Shown here in pieces: positions 48,801 to 64,000 of a stretch of 64,000 bases of DNA. The notes beneath the pieces are model-generated. The model had not been told where the DNA came from. It worked only from the letters and a program-made list of their open reading frames with translations, and ran no database searches. Position numbers and translations under genes: made by a program. Each line of letters opens with the position of its first letter. The stretch's first letter is position 1. This DNA is from Podarcis tiliguerta (Eukaryota), in assembly GCA_965153285.1 (NCBI GenBank), contig OZ229112.1. One strand, written 5' to 3'.

Positions 48801-51800
48801 CAGCTAGCATCTTCTGGGTGCTATTTTGGCTGGCTAGCCAGCTTTCTTGAAAAGTGTTACAGGCCACTTTTCAAGCAGTACAGCATCCATGTGACCTCTG
48901 CCATTTTAAGTGGGTAGGTTGATGATGAGGGTATAGACAGGTGAGAAGCATTCCCTTCTCAAAGGAAAGGCAGCCTGCACATGCTTAATGGCACTTTGGA
49001 AAGATTTCCCCTCAGAAAAGAACTCCGCACATTCTAAGAGATTCTTTGTTCTAGGTCCCATAAGCTTTATTCATTGCACTTTTTATGGAAAAGGGGCCAC
49101 CATATGATGTAACTTGGTGCTCTGGAAGGTTTTTGGGAGGTCTGGATTCTGGAGGCTTCTTCAAAGCAGATTTTTTTTGTAATTGATATACTTCAATTTA
49201 TGTCTTTTTTTGTTCCAATAAACTAATGCTTTCAATACTTGGCCTCTATTTTACAATATTTGACCGGTCAAATGCCAACTTTATAGTAAAGTGAATAGGA
49301 ATGTTGAACCAAACAGAAAGATGTTGAGTTACCTGTACATACTCCGTTTAGGCTCATGATTGTAGGCGAAACCAATATGTAATACATTTAATTTAATTTC
49401 CTCTTCTGTGTATGTTAAACTTTTTGTTTATAGTGGAATATGGCTCCTATGGATGAGTTCTGACAAACTCCTGTTGATAATTTCTTCTATATGTTTTATA
49501 ATTTAACTTCGGTTTTATTGTATTGTCACCATGCATGAAACAAAACCAGGAGCTGATAACCTTTTTACACGAATAGCATCTTTAATCTCAACAGTTGCTG
49601 CTGGCCTGCTAGTGGTGCAGTCACTGCCACTAGAACCTGGCATAGCTCAAGTTGACTAAACAAAACTAAATAATGGCTGCTAATGGGCTTGGCAGTGCTT
49701 GAATCAGGCTTGATTAATTTCTTGTGTAAATAAAATTAAGTAGAGGGGGAAAATAATGCACTTTATATGTAGGTCAGCACATGGAACAGTTGCCCATGGA
49801 ATTCATGAAGAGTATATGCAATGAACTAAGCATGTCTGCTTTTCATTTCATAGCTTTCTCAGTAAGTAGGCTTATGCTTCAATTTTTACTGTTCTTCTCC
49901 GGGCTAAATATTAAAAATTGCATAGGCTTAATCTTATTTCTCTGGGATTTATGTGTAGAACAAATCTTTTGGTGTGATAGTAATTGCTTAGGTATGCATC
50001 ATCTGTCCTGTCTTGTTGCTGACATTTATTTCTATCCAAATATAAAGGGTGTGAAAGGTAGCTTATTAACTTGTTGGATCACATTATTAATACTGGTATC
50101 ACTATCATTTTGTGATTTCGATTCTCTTCAATTTTCTTCAGTATTTCTGTTGAGCACTATAGCAATTTCTAACATGAGTTGTGTCTAGGGGGAAGACTTT
50201 GGTTTCAGGAAGGTGACACTGCCAGTAGGAAACTATTTTAGGATGATGATGCATAGCAAGCGGTTGTACAACCTTATTATGAATGTGACATATGGTTCAT
50301 AAAAATCTAAGGGCTGGATATGAGGAGAGGTTCTTCTAGGGAGCCAGCTCTCTCCATCATGACAAGTATATTTTACACATTAATGTTCTTTCCCACCCCT
50401 GCCTAAAGAATTCACATGATCTCGTCTACAGTGTGCCGCAAGCAGACAGCACAACTGAGCATGATGTCTCACATCGAGGTGCATGCAAGTAGCTGACTTG
50501 CAGTGTGGCTTAAGCAGGCAAGCCAAAGAAAGGCAAAACCAGCTGTAGTGTCACTAGCTGTCCTGAACTGAGGAATAGATTCCTGAATTCAAATAATAGT
50601 AATCAATTGCACTCTCCATATTCTTAAAGCTTGGGCATTTCTTTTTTTATATAGTGAATTTGGGTTGTGGTGGCGGTATAGAAACCTCAAGGACGAGGCA
50701 AGGAACACAGCAGCAGCAAGACACTTGATTGTACCAGCTGCAAACTCTGACAGTTACTTACACAATAATGGCATGAATGACACTGAACCACAACAACCCT
50801 TTGTCTTTTGCCAGAGCTGAATATCTTGGAAACGCTCCTTGGGTGGGAATGAGTTAACAGAAACCGGCCTGGATCCCTAAACTGCATTTCCATTTCCCAG
50901 GATACCACCCTTTTGCAGGGACTACAAATTATGCTGGGGTTATAGTATGAGTAAAGTGCTTGTTTCTATATCTGGCTGTGAAATCCAGTCCCACCAAATA
51001 TATCCTCTGTTGCAGGTGGGGTAGAGAGTTCAAATATAAGTCGGGGGAGCTACACATGAGTAATAGAATGTTTAACAGTCAGAATGTCAACAGGTGAAAC
51101 TTTTCTTATAATTTAATTTCTGTAACAGGAAAGGCTCAGACATGTTGAATTCCTGTTTGCCACAGAGCTACCTTACAGGTGGTTACCTCATGGGCATGTC
51201 TGCCCCCCCCCCCTCCACTTGTCATTTAATTTTTCAAAGTTTTTAAATTTGGCTGTTCCAATGGGCTCCTTCCTATGAAGCTGCAATGTCAAAAGGATTT
51301 TGTGGCCCCTTATATCCCCCCTCCCCCAATTAAAAATAATTTGCTGGCTTTGGGCAATACCTATTTTACACTTTAATGAGCAGGCCCTGATAGCTTGAGG
51401 AAGGCAGAAGATCAGATTGCGTCTTCCCATCTGCCAAGTTGTCAGAGCAACACCTGCTCTGGTTATGCTCCCTGAAGCGTGTCTAGGGCTCAGTAGGTAG
51501 GTGGTCCTTAAACCTAAAGATTTCTGATCCACCAGTCATCTTTGATAATGGAAATGGGAGGAAATTTTAGCTGATTCTGAGTCTCCTCTGCAGCCACACC
51601 CCGACCGGGTGTTACTCTATTTTCTACATAGGAGCCCTCTAGAACAGCATGGGAGGTCGTGAGGGTAGCCAACAGAGGTTGGGAAATGGATGCATGTTGG
51701 CTCCCCTCTCCTGTTAGCAGAGGTGTCCACTATGTCCACTGTGCTGCAAATAGAATGAATCCTCCTATACAAACCACAAGTGTTGTTGTGTAAAACATGG

Positions 51801-53113
51801 GGTATAATAGCTAAAATGAAAATAATTGTGTATAAAAATAAGTTGGTGTTTGACATTGTGGAAGTATTGGGTCCAGTGATGCTATCCTCAGTTTCTCCTC
51901 AGTTAAAATGTGAGCAAAGGTTGGTCAGTGTCTACTGGTTTGGTAGTTTCCTGCTTGCTTCAAGTATGTATATTCTTCTTTTAGCTGTTCAATGTTTAAA
52001 TAGGTATTGATAATTTTTTTTTAAAAAAAATTAAGAACATCTTTGGCTTTGTCAGTCAGAAAAGGGGAAAATAAAATAGAAGTTGAAAACTGATCTAGTA
52101 AGCAGAGGAAGATTTTTATTAACTAAGCATTAAAGTAGGTATACCAGAGCAAAACAATGCATAAACAAATTAAATGTGCATTTTTAAAGATGAGAAAATA
52201 AACATTAATGAAACATGATTAATGTGTAGCACTGAATTTGAGTATTTAGCGTAAACGTAATAGACACATAACATTTTACAAATGCTGCTGTCCTATGCAT
52301 ATTTGAGGATAATCCTCATTGAACAACCTGGATCATGTACAGGAACACTCAAGCTTTCCATACCTGATGTTGGCAGAAAACGTGCATAACAGCTGAAGGA
52401 AGAACATAAGCTTCCAGCTGGCAAGACAACAGTTTAACTGTCATATCTTAACTGTTACCACAGACTATCCAAGTGGAATGCTTTAGTAACCCTGGAGACC
52501 ACCAGTAGCTGGAAACATGCAAACATGTACCGTACGTAAGCTCAGACACAGAACTCAGATACTGTTGTAACTTCCAACAGCTAGTTGGGAATTGTCCAAT
52601 AATGTATGGAGAACACCAGGAAACCTGATCCAAGTTAACTATATAGAAAACCAGGACTACAATCCTGAGCATGTTTTACTTGAGTTTAACCCATAGAGTT
52701 CATTGGGGCTGGTTTCAGGTAAGTGTGTAGAGGATTGCATCCTTGGTATCCTAAAACCATACTTATTTTCTGAGAGCTGGGTATAAATAATATATCATTG
52801 AAAAAACTAGCGTAGCTCAAATTCCTTTTCTGATCAGTATCTGAAAGATAGTTCTGATTTTAAACTTTCATTTTGACCTGCATGGACACCTGAAAATGGA
52901 ATATGGCATGAATTGGAAGAAGATTCTTCACTCTCTTACACATGTTAGTTTTTTCATTGGTTGTATATGTTTGACAATCATTCATTGGGCTTTATGTCAC
53001 TTGATGCAGAAGAGGGAAGAATTTGAGGGAAGTGAAGAGCAGTCTGGAGTCTGAAGCTTCCCCATGCAAAGGTCCTAGCTTTACGTTGCAAGAAGAGTTT
53101 GTTGATTCATATA

Positions 53114-53339
53114 CAGTGGTACCTCGGGTTAAGTACGTAATTCGTTCCGGAGGTCCGTACTTAACCTGAAACTGTTCTTAACCTGAAGCACCACTTTAGC
53201 TAATGGGGCCTCCTGCTGCCGCTGCGCCACCAGAGCACGATTTCTGTTCTCATCCTGAAGCAAAGTTCTTAACCTGAAGCACTATTTCTGGGTTAGCGGA
53301 GTCTGTAACCTGAAGTGTATGTAACCCGAGATACCACTG
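53114..53339. mobile_element. Tc1/mariner-type MITE (same family)
   Basis: Same TIRs and internal sequence, TA flanks. Confidence 0.9.
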
Positions 53340-54648
53340 TATCTTAACATGATCTGTATTCAACTTCTGAAACATTTTCCAGACAAGATTGTTGCTTGTT
53401 TAATAGTCCAAAGACAGTCCCTGGAAACTGCTTTTCTATAGTAGGCAAGGCTATTGGTTTTACCCAGTATTGTTTTCTCTGTCTTCCAGTTGCTCTCTAG
53501 GTTCTTGTGGTTCTTATGCAGAAGTCTTTCCCCATCTCCTGATACCTGATCCTTCTTTAAATGGAGTGCTAACAATATTTGTTTTCAATGCTACTTCCAA
53601 AAAGCATTTCACCTATTATTTTCAAAGAAAGAGTATTATATTCTCAGATTCTCAGTTTTTGCAGTAGCATAATTTGGGGGTGGGCAGTTTGGAATCTCCC
53701 TCTTCCCTGATGCCTTTGCATCTCTGACTTGGTACGCACCCAACTGAGGAGGCAGATATCGCCCACATAAGCACCACCTTCAAACCCATTAGGAATGGGG
53801 GAAGCAGCCTTAAACTTGCAGTATGTGGATTGTTCACTTCCCAGTAGACGTCAAGAATATGGTAAGACCAGCTTCCTCCCTTATCACTTGACGGAGAATC
53901 AAACTGTGAATTACATGCGTGGATAGCATGTCCGAATAGCTTTAAAATTTAATCCTACTGTACAGTCTCTCTCCTCCAACCATCTCATATTATTCAGGCA
54001 TGCAACCCATCAAGAGGTTTAGCCCTCCTCTCCCCAGCACCAGTTCCAGTGAGAAACACATGCACAAACATTCTCAACCTGCAGTTTGGTGTCAAAAATG
54101 ATCCTGTTGGTACCAATGGGAGATCTTTTCTGAAGACTAATGACCGTACTGCACTGGGATCAATGTTCATTTATCACAGATGGGCAGGGAAAGGTTCAAC
54201 TTCACTTCCATCAGTGCCATGATCCCTGCACCTTGTTGGTGCTAACCCTGTAACTTGTCTAAGGTTTTTGGGTTGAGTTAGCTTGTTTTGTCTGTCTTAG
54301 TTGTATTTCCTGGGTGCAGCTATATTTCTGTTAGGAGATTCTATCTTGCTGTTGTTGGCTAGTGTAGCTGGGCTGCTTAGATCTTGGGAATTATCCAGGT
54401 TTTCAGGCTATGCTTGGTGCAGCCCTGTGTGCTTTTGTTAAAATACCATATCTTCATCATGTTTTGTTTTTGTTCTGTTTTTGGGTGGTATTTGGAAAAC
54501 TGCCATTTCAAGAGGAGGTATTTTCACTAGAATATCACATGCCAGATTTATTGTTTTCTGGTTAATAGAAGAACTTTGTCATCCCTGACAAATATAGACT
54601 AGAGATTAATTAGTATATGTGTTCTTTAACTATTTTAAATATAAATAA

Positions 54649-54774
<126 letters not shown>

Positions 54775-57700
54775 TAAATAAGTTTATAATTAATGGTGGG
54801 GTTTTTAAAAAAAAAACTTTTGTAAAAGTTCAGGTTTAATTATCTGATAAATTTCTTAATTGAAACTTTATTCAAGTATAATACACAACTATTTTTTTTA
54901 AAGTATTTTGTTAAATTTAAAATGCAAGCTTTAAATACATCCTGAGCAGCCATCTAGTTGGGCAGGCTTTTCCTGGCTCATCAGATTCATAATCCTGCTC
55001 CATTATTTCTTGTAATTTTATTCAATGTTTTATATACATAGATTTTTTTCTCCTGTAATCACCTTATTGTGATTTATGATAACTGCCTAGGGATTTTTAA
55101 ATATTATGTGGGGTGGGTGGGTGCGTATGAAACTTAAATAAAGAATTATTTTTAAAGAAACTTTTGCAGAACATTTGGTACCACTCCAGTTGGGTTTGAA
55201 AACAATTTGTAGCTTGGAGCTTCTTGAACTTGTGCCATCATTAGAAGGGATCTTATGAAAATGCTCTGTGTAATTAAGAGAGATTACATGGTTTTTGGAC
55301 TTAGTATATAAATTGAACACCTCCCTGTTTTGGTAGCTGGAGGTAGTGAAAAACTTTTAAAAAATAAAGGTGTTTTAAAAAGAAATTTGGTGCTTATTAC
55401 CTTAGGGGGGGTATGCATTCATTTTTCAGTAATGAAAAGTTAAATCCATGAATGTAATCCTCAGCAGTAGTGTCTATTTCTGACCTGTATGCCACTGACA
55501 AAATATGAAATGGTACATTAGCTGAATATGCCACCAGGTGCGAGACAGATACTCTTCCTTTAGTCCCTCCCACTTCTAGAATATTTCTGTCTTTCTGCAT
55601 TTATAGCTCAATCACCTCTTTCTAGGAGAGGAATGGATAACCAAGCATGGACATGTTATTCAACAAATAACAGGAGACCAGGAACCTATAAAAGGCAAGC
55701 TCATAAAGCTGAGCCATGCATGTTTAAGAATGTGTATACATGTCTTTTTCTCAGAATCATGGAGTGCCATTGAGAGACAGTATTCAGACAACAGGCCAGT
55801 GCTCAGAAATGGAATGCATAGTTTTATTACAAAGCAAAACATTGATTTAATATGCAGGCTGTTAAGAGCAAAAAAAGCATTGGTTAATCAAGCCATAATA
55901 TTTGTTCTCCTGAGATGAAGAAGCAGGGACTGAATATGGACATCATTCTTAGCACCAGATTGGAGTATTTGGGGTTGGTTGCAGGGGTGGGGGGTGGGGC
56001 TTTCCCAGTTCTGCAGGTGCCTGGAGCCTATTATAGTATGTTACAAAGCTTCTTTGAATGGGACTAGGAAGGGAATTGTGTAGTGGTGCTCACTTGGATC
56101 TTGAACTGATTTGAGTTCAAAACAAAAATGAAGAAGGCAAGGAATACTAGGAAGGAAGCCAAAGCTTCCTTTGTTTCTTAAACTAATCCTCTTTCTGGAG
56201 CCACAAAATGGATTATTTGAGAGCATATCCCAAACTGAATACTAGGACCTAACTGAAAGAACTCTCTTATATGTCAATTTATACTAGGAGAGTTTCACTC
56301 CCTACAATTTGACCTAAATGGCAAAGGAGAACAGAGTCTTGATGGGCACCTAGGAGTCACCCTGGGGTGTATCGAATGAAGTGAAAATATAATTTCTACT
56401 CATAATCTCCAGTGAATAATTCACACACACCCTTAAGATGTATGAATGACTAGCAGTGGTAGTGCTTTAAGGGTGATGCTTTACTGTAGCTGGATTTCAA
56501 CACATGCTCTTGAGTGGTTTGCTAAAGTTATGCATCAAATAATTAGAGTGGCTTCTGTATGTTTGGAGTTCTTGTGCAGTTATGCAAAGCTGGCAAGAAG
56601 CATTCCCACTGAAACCAACTGGTATGAATTTAAGATTTCCTCCTGGCTGATCCTAAGCTCCATGCTTAGTTGGCCTGTACCATGCAAGAATGAAAACAAT
56701 TAGACATTTTAGGAATTTTCAAAAGACCAGCAAGGTAGAGCCCATCAGCAATGGGGTAGGTCATGGCTTCTATTTCCTGAATATGCAAAAGGCATTCTAA
56801 TTACTGAATTGCATATACTTGAATATTAAAATCTTAAATGTTTCCAAATTGTGAATGCCTCCTCCTATGCATGATTTGGAAGCACATTTTAAAACCTTCC
56901 TGTACTATGTTGAAAATACTTCAGAATGATAGATAATGTTAAAACGGGGCATAGTCTGTCACTTCTGTGCTTCATCACCCACTAAAATCAGTGCATCTAA
57001 TTTGCTTCATCTGTACTGAAACCTATATTAAAGGACTGCAGCCTAACATGTGAATTATGAAGCAGCCATTCCACCACCCTCTAGCAGAGGGAGATGGGAC
57101 TATAGGGCTTCTCCATTGGCTCTACTGGAAAAACACCAACTTTTGCCCCTGCTATCCTTGAACTCTATCCAGTACAGCTTGCTGTTAAAATAATTCTATT
57201 ACTAAAATCCATTGCCTAAGTTTGCTTTCCCCTTCTTCCTTCCCAGTCTCCTTTCCTTTTGAAAATTTGTTCACTATGCATTTGAATACCTCTGAAGCTA
57301 ACCAATTTTTGTATGATAGCTTCTGAGGTCAAGGTACAGGTTTTCATCTGTATCTGAGTATAATTGACTGTCATTTTGAATCAAAATTGTCGATTGAACC
57401 TTTCAAAACCACACTGATTTTTACCATGGATTTCAAAACTGCACTAATTTTTTTGTTTCTTAGTATTCCCGAGCAATGCTGGGAATGAAGCTGCTGTTTA
57501 TTGATATTTGTAAACCTGTTCTAGAAGCCTTTTTTCAGCTGAAGAGCAAGCTAAAAACACTTAACAAACAAATATATGGAAATAATCTGTGCAAACTTAA
57601 TTCAGTCACAATTTACACAATTAGCATTTTGTAGGGAGAAAAATGAATATTGTATGCTTTACCCTTTGGTCTTCTAATCATATTTAGTTATTTGACTCTT

Positions 57701-59139
57701 AATGTGTTCAGTACATTGTTAGGTGGCTGTATAGAGAAACATCTGCAACATTTACTTACTCCTATCACGTTGCATAGTTTAAGCTCAGATGAAAATATAA
57801 TGAAGACACAGTCCTAAAGTCTGAGCATAATTCTTATTTTCTATTCTTTTGCTTTGCTTTTTATAAAATTCTATATGTACATATTAGGTTTTTTAAAAAC
57901 AACAACACTCAAGTGTGAGGTTAAGAAGAGATTTTAATATTGCTACAAATCTTCATTGATTTCCCTGTCTAATGTCTGCAGAAGCATTTACACCCATGTA
58001 ATCAGCAGACATAAAATATGTTGAAATTATATTGTGAACACTTGCAGACTACTTATCATTTATTCAGCTAGAGAGCACCACTCCTTTCTTGCAATCATCT
58101 AGCTTGCCTGATTTATTAAACTTTTCTGCTACCGTTTTTACCTTCCTGCATTGGTCACTATGATTGGGTGTGGTATATGCCCTATTTCAGAATAGGCAAC
58201 TTGATGATATTTGTGTGTGGGTTTGACTGCTTCTACCTTTGCACTAAAAAATAGGCATAGGAGGAAATTTGTTTGGTCTACTTTGCAGTGCAGTAACATG
58301 ATCTGATGCTCCTGAGCTCGCTTGCTGATTTTAAGTTAAGTGTGCACTGAATGCATACAGCAGGACAAGTGCAGATGAATTGGATGCAGTGGGCACCAGG
58401 GGACGCAATGGGATGGAACACAGCTATGATCAAGAGCCAGCAAGACTGAAATAGGATGGAATTAGAGGCTTAGCCCATCCCTATTGAAAAATATGCAGGC
58501 TAGTGATTGTGATATTTTACTGTGCCTCCTATCAGTAAAAGTGCCAAACTTATTTATGCTCTTTCTTTGAACCCCATGGAATGAAAGCACAATGCTAATT
58601 GTCTCATTTCCTTTACTTGAATCAAAGCATAATCCTTTTTAAAGTCACTTGAAATGCTTTTGTTTAAGAAGAATGCTGTTCATTAATGCCAGAACATTTT
58701 CAGATCCTGAAATGAAATTATTTATAGAACAACTGCTTTTCAAAATGCTTGTTATGGAACAAGGGTGTTGCATGACTTGAGCAATTGTAGTAAAAAAGAA
58801 AAGCAGCACTTGCCAACAATGCACAAGAAAGTATTTTTAAAAATCAAGGATTCAATAAGCTATAGTTATTGTGTAAAATATCCTAAGGGCATTTTAGTTC
58901 CCTTGCTCGGTTTCAGATGTCTGCACACCATTTAATCCTAGGCAGTGAATAGCCATTCTTAGTTGGTTAAGTGATTTGTCCTCTTAATTCTGGTTTTGAA
59001 GGCGAAACTGGCATCCCAATAGTCCTGCAAGCTATGAGCAGTCAGCATCCAGCCTGTTTGAAGGATCTGGCATTTAGTGACGCTTTTACAATAAATTGTC
59101 TTGTACTTCTTGCAACTTTAGAAATTTAAGCTATAAAAA

Positions 59140-59825
59140 TGTAGAGGCCCTTCCCATCTGCCTGTGTGCAAGAGTAGGTTAGAAGATATGTATATTATGG
59201 TAGGTGGCTTCAGATTTAGAATTCTGAGTTAGACAGTGTGGTTTGCTAAGGCTGCACTAGAGGAGCCAGAATAAGTGAATATACGGCTGGGTGCTAGTCA
59301 GGGAGAGTTGGCGTTGGTTGTATCAGTTTGTGTTGATCAGAGAGGGAGTTAGTGTTTGTTGATGGTGTTTGTGGTGGACAGCAAGAAGACAGCAGAGGAA
59401 GAGGGTCAAGAAAGAAAAAGGAAGACCTAAAAGGAAGACAGAGTGGCTTGGTGGCCAAAGACTTGTTGGGGTAGCTGAATCACTTGCCTCAGGCTAAAGA
59501 GATGAGGGGAAAATATGTATATAGCATCAAAGGTAAAGAAATGAGAGGCAGCTTGGAATTCTAGGCTGTAGTGGAAAGCCAGAGGAAGATTCCAGGATAG
59601 CACAGTAAAAACAGATCTATGCTCCAAACGATCAGTAGGAAACAGAGGTTTCAATAAAGGTGCTCTGTTTTAGTGTTGGTGAGGCCTGACTGGGGTGGAG
59701 TAAGTACAAGGGCAACCCAGCAAAGGAGTTTTAATAAGTTAACTGTTTCATCAAACCTGTATTGGTTTTGCAGTGTAAAATAAGCTGTACTGCATATTAA
59801 AGTAACCACAAGATTGGGCGCTACA
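59140..59825. mobile_element. Possible solo LTR
   Basis: TGTAGAGGCCC...GGGCGCTACA inverted termini (TG...CA) and internal AATAAA. No clear TSD. Confidence 0.35.
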
Positions 59826-62039
59826 TAATCTTGTAATAAATAAACATGAATGCTTGTTTATTATTTATCTTTGTTAAGTATAGTAACTGTATTCGACTTT
59901 GTACCATACCTCCACCCCACAATTATCAGGGATTATTGGAAAGTTAATATGCTAAGGGTGCAAGTGATACTAAATGATGGCAGTTGTATGGAAGTTGGGC
60001 TTACTTATTTTACTTAAAATAAGTAATGAAAAACTTTTCTCCTTTTCTCCACCTAGACCTTGGACCTAAAGGGGAGGAGATTAGTTGAATGATCCCCCAC
60101 ATCCCCAGATTTTAAGACCTGCTAAGGAACAGAGGATTGTTATTATGTCCTCATATTGAAAAACCACAGAATTCGAGGGTGTACTTTCTTTTCCCCATGA
60201 CTGTATAAGCTCTGTATTTAAGCTCTGATCCAGCAAAGGCTCCTGCCAGTAAAGGGGGAGAGGTGATTTTAGCTAAATTTCCCTTGCAACCTCTATGCCT
60301 TTTGAAAAATAAATTGCTCTGGAGATTAGAAGACCCTCCAGAACCACATGGGAGGTGGTGCTCTATGGGCTGTAGAGTAGGCAAAAATTCCTTCTCGCTG
60401 ACAAGAGCCTCTGCTGGCCTGGAGCAATAGTTATTTCAAATTGCCAAAACATCAGTGTAGGTGCCTTGTGGAGCTAATGAAAGAAGTGTAGGAATTCTTT
60501 CAGTTTAATAAGCTGCTGCCATGTGCCGATTGAAAAAGCGGCCGTCTTATCTTCTAAGGCTCTTTTTCATTTCTTGTTAGAGGACTGCATCAAAATAGCC
60601 TAGGCAAATAAAAGAGATTATTTGCTCTCTGGCTCACTGTTATAAAAATAGGCTTCATCAGTTACTCAACTAAAGCTTTATGTCAAATAACAGATTAAAG
60701 CAAGAATGAGGAAGCAAGGATGAGGAACCTCCTCCCACTTTTTCCCCTGGAGGGGGGACTGTACACTGGCAGCAGATGAAGCAGAAGCCAGGGGAGGACA
60801 GGGCATCCTCCTCTCTCATACTGCCTCTCCTGGATTAAAGCTTGGCACTTTTTTACTGATACTTGTATTGATTTAGAGATGAACTCTCTTCCTTTCCATA
60901 TGGCTTGCTTTATTTTTTGTGAGTGAGTCTGTTGCTTCACTGCACTGGCCCTTTCCAAGAAAGCACATTCGATCTTTGCTGAACATTGGATTTTAGGGAG
61001 ATTTCTCTTGTGGTGGAATCAACCCACAAATCACAAAAGTACTCCCAGATGTTTTCACCTAAACACTGCCAACACCACAGATATTTTCCCCCCTTACATA
61101 TACGGTACTTAATATGTTAAAGACATGCCCAGTATGACGAGAATTTGTTATATTTGAGCATGCTCCAGATTATGCAATGTTTAGTAATTAAATATTTGTG
61201 CAAAATTGGAACTTTTGTCAAAGTCAAAATCCACGATAGATTGACATTTCTTAAAGGTTATATTTAAGAATGCTGAATTCAATACCCTGTGTTAAAAATT
61301 GGGAAGTGGGGAAAGAGAGAAATTAAATTATTGTGAAATAGCAGGTTAAATAATAACCTTCCTGAACGTCATACTGATCTCTCTATTGTGATCATAGGCC
61401 AGTAGATTGTAAAGGTCATTTAAGAATTTTTAAATGACCATATAATATTTGCCAACTGCTACTATGTTTTAATCCTAGAACAAAATGAAGCCTTTGGTTT
61501 ATGTTGTTCATGGCATTCCATTTATTTATCAGTTTAATGCAATAAACAACCTGAACACCGAAGAGTTAGGCTGAAAGTTGGACTATGCTTTTAGGATAGA
61601 TTTCTATATATTGCACCCTGACTTAACACTCAGTGGAGTTCTGCTGGCACTAGAGAAAGGGGGTTGGATAGTTCCAGTTTGCACTACAGGGTTCATCCCT
61701 CTGCTGTCACCTGTGCCTTTTGAAAACATTCTCCAGAGGCTGAGGGGAACAGTGTGGGGTCTGGGGGACTGGGAAGGTGGGACTGGGGGCTGCAGGGAAA
61801 ATGAGGAATCGGCAAAGAGCATCCATAATTCCACAATTCTCTCATTTTCGAAGCAATGTATGTGGGTCCACTGCAGAGATCAGTCCCTGGAGGGGATTAT
61901 ACACATTGTTCCTGTTTGATCTCCTCTTGTACTACTTTGGGGGAAAGGCTTACTCTGTTATTGTTCTGTAAATGAGGTACTTCTTGTGCTTAGATTATTC
62001 CGGAATTGCTGGAATTTTCAAATCCTTTTGATAAATTAA

Positions 62040-62282
<243 letters not shown>

Positions 62283-64000
62283 TAAAAATGAATAAATCCT
62301 AAACCCCAGAAATCAGAATAATTTATGAACTTGTGCAGATTTTCATGTGCTTATTATATAGATACAGTCGCATAAGACAAATTGGAAATGGAGACATAGC
62401 TTGAGTGCCAAAATTATTTACTTATTTTTATAAAACAATTGGCCTAAAAGAAGGAGCTTCTTCAGATGGCCTGTCTATTTAGCATCATTCTGATTTGCTT
62501 GCACAAAGCTTACACGGTGGTCAGACTTCATTCATTTTGACTTTATTGAAATTTGTTCTGATTTGTTTATGGGCTGGTTCTATGACATAGAGTATTCGTT
62601 TTGTATTCTTCCTGATTTGCTTGTAGGGATGGGGGTTATACGTTTTCCTGTGGATCTTTATTCATACCACACTTATCAATGTGTTTCCCTGTCGGTTTAC
62701 AAATGTCCAATTCTTTTATGATTTAAGTGGATTTGTTGCACTAAAGATCCAGTATGCATTTGAATTGCTCCTGTAAAATAATTACAGTCTGGAGACATCC
62801 TTGTTTTTAGATGCGTGACTACTTTTTATTCATGAAGACTAGAAATCTCCCACCCCAGCTTCCCCTTTTTTGATGTGTAGTATTACTGGTTTTCTCACTG
62901 TGTTTTAATTCACATTGCCCTATTCTACGCTTTATAGTTTTAGGAGTATGCAAATATTGATACCTGTGCCTGCAATGCTGCAATCCAGATAACGGTTTGA
63001 GATCAGGGCTTATGACCTGAATGTGCTTGGCTGACCTAACAAGCCCTCTCCCCGCCCCCCCCCCCCACAAATGCAAGCAAACCCCACTGCAGGCAACCAC
63101 AGACAGCCAATCACACCCTGCCCCCCCCCAGTACCTCTCACTGCCAAGGAAATGTAGTAAACGAATAGAAAGAGAACCTACTCAGCTGACGCTGACACAA
63201 AACCCCGCAGTACACTATACAAAAGAATATAAGCTTCACCACCCCACCCTCCTCTCCCCCCTCTTCTTCCCCAACCTTATACTGTACTCAACACTAAGGT
63301 CTCACAACAAATGTAACTGATTTGTAAGAAAGACTGTACAACCTGAAAAAAGAGACACGGCATGTAGTTTTGTAAACCAAGATAATCTTTAATAAAAATA
63401 TAAATAAATAAATTAGGAGTCTGTTCACATATTGCTTACAAGTTGGTGTGCGAACGTTTATTGTTTGTGCATCATGTACAATATGAAAATCAAACATATT
63501 TGTTAGCAGTTTGTTTGTAATAACCTCCTGTGGAAATAGTCTAATTACCACTGGTCTTCCCTAATCAGTTTAAACTATACTCAACTTGGATTACATTAAC
63601 ATGAAATTTAGGCTTGCCTGGGACAAATTTCTGTAAAACTTACAGTAGCAAGGAAACCACACTTTGAAAAGCCATTACAAAATATATGAGTAATAGCTTA
63701 CTGTCAAGGAAAAGAACCCACACACACACACAATGTTCAAAGTAAAAAGAAACTTGGATCAAAATGATATAAAGTCATGAGGTTTCATGTTACTGCATGC
63801 TGCTTGTAGTTTAATTGGGTAGACTTGTTCTTACAGATTTACTAGCTTGCACCCACTCATTTTCGAAGTTTTCCCCCATTGAAGTTAATTGCACAAAGAA
63901 CGAGTGTACAATTAATATCCCCAAAGTATCACAGTCTTATTACGAATAACCTCATTTTATATGCACGAACTTTAACTCTGTACATCAGTTGAATTCATTT

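Overview
Vertebrate genomic DNA from a squamate reptile (Sauria SINEs and squamate-type MITEs; a lacertid lizard is my inference). It covers the conserved GTF3C6-AMD1-CDK19 block. GTF3C6 is complete on the minus strand (6 coding exons, 222 aa). AMD1 (S-adenosylmethionine decarboxylase proenzyme) is complete on the minus strand (9 coding exons, 340 aa). CDK19 exons 1-3 are on the plus strand, head-to-head with AMD1. All exons were spliced by hand with canonical GT-AG boundaries and consistent phases. The most notable feature is translational control of AMD1: the cap-proximal MAGDIS uORF, and a 123-codon stop-free, in-frame 'tail' after the UGA stop that ends in KIPHRQGFRPH-stop. This matches the readthrough and ribosome-stalling element described for vertebrate AMD1, so it is known rather than new. 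GTF3C6 and CDK19 each also have an in-frame uORF separated from the main ATG by a single UGA. AMD1 exon 7 starts with a perfect 5' splice site (AG|GTGAGT). Introns and intergenic DNA hold Sauria SINEs, Tc1/mariner and hAT MITEs (some carrying ZNF143-like motifs), CR1/L2 relics and a dispersed ~85-bp palindromic repeat. I found no rRNA, tRNA or CRISPR features.
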